In this document: positions 25,569 to 29,578 of the stretch, one piece after another
How positions within the stretch are numbered: the first letter of the stretch is position 1
Layout of the letters: each line of letters begins with the position of its first letter
Origin: Candidatus Eiseniibacteriota bacterium
GTDB taxonomy: Bacteria; Eisenbacteria; RBG-16-71-46
Direction of reading: 5' to 3'
Assembly: GCA_038231135.1 (NCBI GenBank)
Contig: JBBRLX010000040.1
Location: 1 to 29,578, forward strand
Length of the DNA: 29,578 nt
Notes under the pieces: generated by a model
What the model was told of the DNA's origin: nothing
Database searches by the model: none
Seen by the model: the letters and a program-made list of their open reading frames with translations, nothing else
Program-made: the position numbers and the translations under genes

Positions 25569-26395
25569 GCCACCACGATCCGATCCGCATGGGTACGGTG
25601 ATCTACGATCCGAAGGTGACGGTGATCTGGGGCATCATCCGCGACTTCTTCGAGACCCAGGGCGTGCCCATGGACGTCAGCTTCTTCACCGACTACACGC
25701 TGCAGGTCGATGCCCTGGTGGCGGACCGCATCGACATCGCGTGGAATTCCCCGCTGGCGTGGCTCGACACCGGGCGCCGCACCCACGGCCGCTGCCGCGC
25801 GATCGCGATGCGGGACACCGACCGCGACCGGGTCTCGCAGTTCGTGGCGCAGAATTCGGACGCGGCGCGGGGGCTCGAGATTCTCCGCGGCGGCGTGCTC
25901 GCGACCGGCGCCACGGATTCCCCGCAAGCCACACTCATTCCGATCCAGACCCTGCGCGAACGCGGGCTGGAGGCCGGACGCGATTGCGTGGCGACGCCGT
26001 TCGACATCGGGGTCGGCCTGCATGGCGACCACGTCGGCGGCGAACTCGAGGCGTTCCGTTATCTCGAGAGTGGGGCGGCGTCCGCCTGCGTCATGCTGGA
26101 TCTGAACCACGACGCGTGGGTCGCGGACGGCACGCTGGACGCCGGCCGCTATGCCGTCGTGGCGGGCACTGAACGGTTCGATCACTGCAACTTCTCCGTT
26201 CGCGAGGAATTCCCGCGCGACCGCGAGGACCGGTTCCTGGCGGCGCTATTCTCCATGCGCTACGACAACCCCAAACACCGCGAGATGATGGACCTCGAAG
26301 GCCTCAAGCAATGGCTGCCGGGCCGCACGTCCGGCTACGCCGTGCTATCCCGCGCCGTCGCGACCCAGAGGTTCTTTGAAGCCCCAGCCCGCTGA
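25565..26395 (+). CDS. PhnD/SsuA-like substrate-binding-fold protein without a signal peptide
   Basis: TTG start overlapping the upstream TGA, AGGAGG RBS. Segments DYTLQVDALV..RIDIAWNSPLAW and LATGATDSPQATLIP match the PhnD-type PBP-II pattern. Confidence 0.8.
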   Translation: MSHHDPIRMGTVIYDPKVTVIWGIIRDFFETQGVPMDVSFFTDYTLQVDALVADRIDIAWNSPLAWLDTGRRTHGRCRAIAMRDTDRDRVSQFVAQNSDAARGLEILRGGVLATGATDSPQATLIPIQTLRERGLEAGRDCVATPFDIGVGLHGDHVGGELEAFRYLESGAASACVMLDLNHDAWVADGTLDAGRYAVVAGTERFDHCNFSVREEFPRDREDRFLAALFSMRYDNPKHREMMDLEGLKQWLPGRTSGYAVLSRAVATQRFFEAPAR

Positions 26396-26411
26396 CATCG
26401 CGCCACCGCCC

Positions 26412-27563
26412 ATGGCGACTCCGCTCCCGCTGCTGCCCGTGACCACGGTCGGCAGCTGGCCGCGCCCGCCGGAGCTACTGCGGCTCCAGCGCGCGAAGCA
26501 GGCGGGCCGCCTGGGTGCCGACGAGTTCGACCGTGCGGCCGATGCGGCCGTCGTCGAGGTGCTGCGACTGCAGGAATCCGCCGGCGTCGATCTCGTCACC
26601 GACGGCGAGCAGCGCCGCGACAATTTTTATTCGTTCGTCGCGGACAAGCTCACCGGAGTCCGGCTCATGACGCTGGCCGAGCTGCTCGAGATCATCGACG
26701 ACAAGGTGGCGTTCGAACGCATCCTCCAGACCCTCGACGTGCCGGCCTATTCGATCAGCAACCCCACCTGCGTCGGACCGGTGCGGCGGTGCCGGCCGCT
26801 GGCGGTGGACGAGGTGCGGTTCCTCAAGCGGCACACGACGCGACCGATCAAGGTGACGCTGCCCGGGCCGTATCTGCTGACGCGCGCGATGTACGTGAAG
26901 GAGGCGACGCGCGACGTCTACGCATCCAAGGAGGATCTCGCCGAGGACGTCGTGGCCGTGCTCGAGCAGGAGATCCGCGAGCTGGTGGCCGAGGGCGTGA
27001 GCTTCATCCAGCTCGACGAGCCGGTGCTCACCGAGCTGGTGTTCGCGCGCGGACGCACGCGCACGTTCATGTGCGCCGCGCTCGCGGCGACGCAGGATCC
27101 CACGGCCGAGCTGGAGCTCGCGGTCGCGTTGCTGAATCGCGTGCTCGCCGCGGCCGGCGGTGTCCGCACCGGCCTGCACGTGTGCCGCGGCAACTGGAGC
27201 CAGGACGAGGCCACGCTGCTCAGCGGCAGCTACCATCCGCTGCAGCCATACTTCGACCGCATCCGGGTGCGGCAGCTCGTGCTCGAGTTCGCCACCGAAC
27301 GCGCCGGCGCGATCATGGCGTTCGACGGCAAGGAGCTCGGGCTCGGGGTCGTGAACCCGCGGACCGAGCAGGTGGAGACCACGGACGACATCGTGCGGCA
27401 CATCGACGCGGCGCTCGAGCTGTATCCGACGACGGCGTTGTTCCTCAATCCAGATTGCGGCTTCGCGACGTTTTCGAATCGGCCGGTCAACGCGCGTGAT
27501 GTGGCGGTGGCGAAGCTGCTGGCCATCTCGAGCGCCGCGGCGCGGGTGCGCGGAGCACGCTGA
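26412..27563 (+). CDS. single-domain cobalamin-independent methionine synthase-like (MetE C-terminal barrel) Zn enzyme
   Basis: Motifs TTVGSWPRP, VTDGEQRR, KVTLPGP and IQLDEP; Zn ligands in HVCRGN, LEFA and NPDCG; no N-terminal folate-binding barrel. Confidence 0.9.
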   Translation: MATPLPLLPVTTVGSWPRPPELLRLQRAKQAGRLGADEFDRAADAAVVEVLRLQESAGVDLVTDGEQRRDNFYSFVADKLTGVRLMTLAELLEIIDDKVAFERILQTLDVPAYSISNPTCVGPVRRCRPLAVDEVRFLKRHTTRPIKVTLPGPYLLTRAMYVKEATRDVYASKEDLAEDVVAVLEQEIRELVAEGVSFIQLDEPVLTELVFARGRTRTFMCAALAATQDPTAELELAVALLNRVLAAAGGVRTGLHVCRGNWSQDEATLLSGSYHPLQPYFDRIRVRQLVLEFATERAGAIMAFDGKELGLGVVNPRTEQVETTDDIVRHIDAALELYPTTALFLNPDCGFATFSNRPVNARDVAVAKLLAISSAAARVRGAR

Positions 27564-27565
27564 CG

Positions 27566-28015
27566 ATGGACCGCTTTCCATGGTACCTGCGCGTCCGGGT
27601 CACCGGTCCCGGCACCGTGCGTGTCTTCACGCGCAAGCATGCATTCGACGCCGGCGCGCCGCTCGACTTCGACGCCGAATCCCCCTACGTAACCGCGCTC
27701 GAATACGCCTTGGGTGCGCTCGGCGCGGAGATCGCCGGCGGCTTCGCCGAGCGCGCCCGGCGCCGCCGCCTGCAGGTGGAGCATGTGGAGGCGGCCGTCC
27801 AGGGCGAGCTCAACGACCCGCTGGTGCCGCTCGGGGTGATCGGCGCCACCGGCCACCCGGGCATCGAGCGCATCTCGATCAAGCTCTACGTCAGCTCACC
27901 CGAGGCCGAGGCCGTGCTGCGCGAGGTATGGGCGGAGCTGCTCGAGACCTCGAGCCTGCTGTGGACGTTCCGCAAGGCGACGCAGGTCGATCTGGTGCTC
28001 CAGGTGGCGCTATGA
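27566..28015 (+). CDS. OsmC/Ohr-fold protein lacking cysteines
   Basis: TALEYALGALGAE...ARRRRLQVEHVEAAVQG...PGIERISIKLYV...SSLLWT follows the OsmC pattern; there is no Cys in 149 aa; it starts 2 nt after the metE-like stop. Confidence 0.7.
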   Translation: MDRFPWYLRVRVTGPGTVRVFTRKHAFDAGAPLDFDAESPYVTALEYALGALGAEIAGGFAERARRRRLQVEHVEAAVQGELNDPLVPLGVIGATGHPGIERISIKLYVSSPEAEAVLREVWAELLETSSLLWTFRKATQVDLVLQVAL

Positions 28016-28147
28016 CGGCGGCGCCATGCGATTCTTCTCCGGCTGGCGGAGGCGGTGCGGCGGCAGCGGCCGTGCGGCGGCGACGGGATTGCCCGTGACC
28101 CCCGGGCGGTGCCGATGTCCGCGCGAGCCGCTCGGCCGCGCCGGCAT

Positions 28148-28987
28148 TCACCTGTCTTCGACTGCGATGTTCGCCGCCGCCGCGCGCGTGTGCAGGTTGA
28201 ACGTGCCGCCCCGCACCAGCACGTGCAGCCGCAGTCCGATCAGGCTCACCGGCTGGCCCTGCTTCGCCGCGTCCATGGACGAGAACTCGATGTGCGCGGG
28301 GTCGGCGATCGTGATGCCGCCGCTGCCGACCACTTCGATCGACTCGTCGGGGCCGAGGAACGCCGCGGTGTCCTCGTCGAGGCCCACGCCGACTGCGAAC
28401 GGATTGAACGCGAGTGCCGTGAGCAGCCGGCCGAGCCGGTCGCGCTGGCGGAAGTGCTGGTCCACCAGGATCCGGTTCGTGAGCCCGAGCCCGGGCGCGA
28501 GCTGCACCATGCCCGCGTGCGGCGTGGCGCCCTCCTCGCCGAATGCGATCATGTGCTCGGACAGGAACGCGGCGCCCGCGGACGTGCCCGCCACGTGGAC
28601 GCCCTGCGCGTTCATGATGCGCAGGTGCTTCGCGACCGGCGTGCCACCGAGCGTGGTGCTGAGGCGCAGCTGGTTGCCGCCGGTGAGAAACACGCCGTTC
28701 GCCTTTTGCAGGACGTTCAGCTCCTCGTCATCCTCGCACGCCGTGCGGGTGTCGAACGGCAGCACCCAGACCTTGCCAACGCCCAGGCGCCGGAACGTCT
28801 CGTCGTAGCGCCGGCCGGTGTCGCTCGACTCGGACGCCGTCGGAATCACGGCGATGCGCGCCTCACGGCCGCCGCACAGCCGCACGAACCGGCGCAGGAT
28901 CGTGTCGTCGCCCACCTTGTTCTCGGCGCCGCCGATCGGGACGATGAAGCCGCGCGTGGCGCCCTCGGGAACGCGGGATGGCGTCAT
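28148..28987 (-). CDS. cphB: cyanophycinase (peptidase S51), intracellular
   Basis: Motifs IGGAE, IPTAS, FLTGGNQ, catalytic GTSAG, DQHFRQRDRLGRL and GLDEDT; no signal peptide. Confidence 0.94.
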   Translation of the reverse strand: MTPSRVPEGATRGFIVPIGGAENKVGDDTILRRFVRLCGGREARIAVIPTASESSDTGRRYDETFRRLGVGKVWVLPFDTRTACEDDEELNVLQKANGVFLTGGNQLRLSTTLGGTPVAKHLRIMNAQGVHVAGTSAGAAFLSEHMIAFGEEGATPHAGMVQLAPGLGLTNRILVDQHFRQRDRLGRLLTALAFNPFAVGVGLDEDTAAFLGPDESIEVVGSGGITIADPAHIEFSSMDAAKQGQPVSLIGLRLHVLVRGGTFNLHTRAAAANIAVEDR

Positions 28988-29163
28988 CGATACCCCGCGA
29001 CTACCGGCACGCGGGCGGCGACGGCGTTGAGCGGTTGCGGGCCTCGGCTCGAATTGTGTGCGACGCGGGATTCGTGCATGTACCGGTAAAGTAGCAGCGT
29101 CGCCCGCCCGTCACCACCTACCGGCCGGTTTCGCCGCGCTTGGTGCGCAGGAGCCGGCGCCCC

Positions 29164-29213
29164 CGCAACCGCGATCGCCCGCTCCCCTGTCTGGGAACGG
29201 GCGTCGCGTTGCG
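29164..29213 (-). terminator. long imperfect stem-loop downstream of the CTD gene (terminator or stabiliser)
   Basis: CGCAAcCGCGAtCGCCCGcTCCC-loop-GGGAaCGGGCGTCGCGTTGCG; the mismatch becomes a G-U pair in the - strand RNA; no U-tract. Confidence 0.45.
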
Positions 29214-29261
29214 CTTTCGAGTCCACGGCCCGGCCCGTGCGTCCGGCCGCGGCTGGAAGGT

Positions 29262-29578
29262 TTACTTCTCGAGCACCACGAACCGTCCGAACCGCGTGCC
29301 GTCGGCGGTGTCGATGCGATAGAACAACATCCCCGGCCCCAGCCGCTCGCCGCGGTCGTTCCGGCCATCGAGGTCGAACTGATGCAGCCCCGCGGCCGCC
29401 TCGCCACCGTCGAACACCGTGCGCACCTTGCGTCCGATGACGTCGTAGAGCGCCACGCGCAGCGAGCCACGCCGCGCCAGCGCGAACGACAGCGTCGCGT
29501 GATCGCGGATCGGGTTCGGGAACAGCACCGGCGCTTCCGTCACCCCGCCGACCCGATGCGCCGCGAACGGTGTGGCGC
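29262..29578 (-). CDS. 3' end of a secreted protein with a FlgD-Ig/T9SS-type C-terminal domain; runs off the right edge
   Basis: FPNPIR..ATLSFAL...LRVALYDVIGRKVRT...AGLH...DGRND.G..LGPG..FYRI; the frame is open to the window end. Confidence 0.85.
   Translation of the reverse strand, partial: ATPFAAHRVGGVTEAPVLFPNPIRDHATLSFALARRGSLRVALYDVIGRKVRTVFDGGEAAAGLHQFDLDGRNDRGERLGPGMLFYRIDTADGTRFGRFVVLEK

Noticed and set aside
28010..28147. 45-aa - strand ORF directly after cphB (MPARPSG...)
   Set aside because: Pro/Arg-rich with no motif; expected by chance at this GC.
1..29578. tRNA, rRNA, CRISPR arrays, integrases or transposases
   Set aside because: None recognised by eye; a covariance-model scan would be needed to exclude small RNAs.

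Overview
High-GC bacterial chromosomal window (roughly 70% GC by eye; the FlgD/T9SS-like C-terminal domain gene and the HNH-associated N-terminus suggest an FCB-group lineage such as Ca. Eisenbacteria, which is inference only). Contents from left to right: (1) the 5' end of an HNH/DUF222-like gene and a decayed membrane-protein gene; (2) a complex I peripheral-arm cluster (fused nuoBCD, nuoE, nuoF, nuoG, nuoI) with no nuoA, nuoH or nuoJ-N next to it; (3) a SnoaL-like gene, a lipoprotein, a 124-bp MITE-like palindromic element, an SPL-like radical SAM gene and fluC; (4) an operon of membrane protein, winged-helix regulator, uppS and a membrane-anchored protein, with a perfect palindromic operator; (5) an ECF sigma/zf-HC2 anti-sigma/DUF4097 module; (6) a cyanophycin locus (cphB ... 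cphA, an ATP-grasp-less CphA paralog and a coupled GH63). An oppositely oriented four-gene operon splits cphB from cphA. It encodes an ACAD-fold flavoenzyme lacking the catalytic Glu, a signal-less PhnD-like protein, a single-barrel MetE-like Zn enzyme and a Cys-free OsmC-fold protein, and has a structured 5' leader. This operon is the best candidate for an undescribed system. The CphA paralog and the membrane-arm-less complex I module come next. All family assignments are from motif recognition, not database searches.
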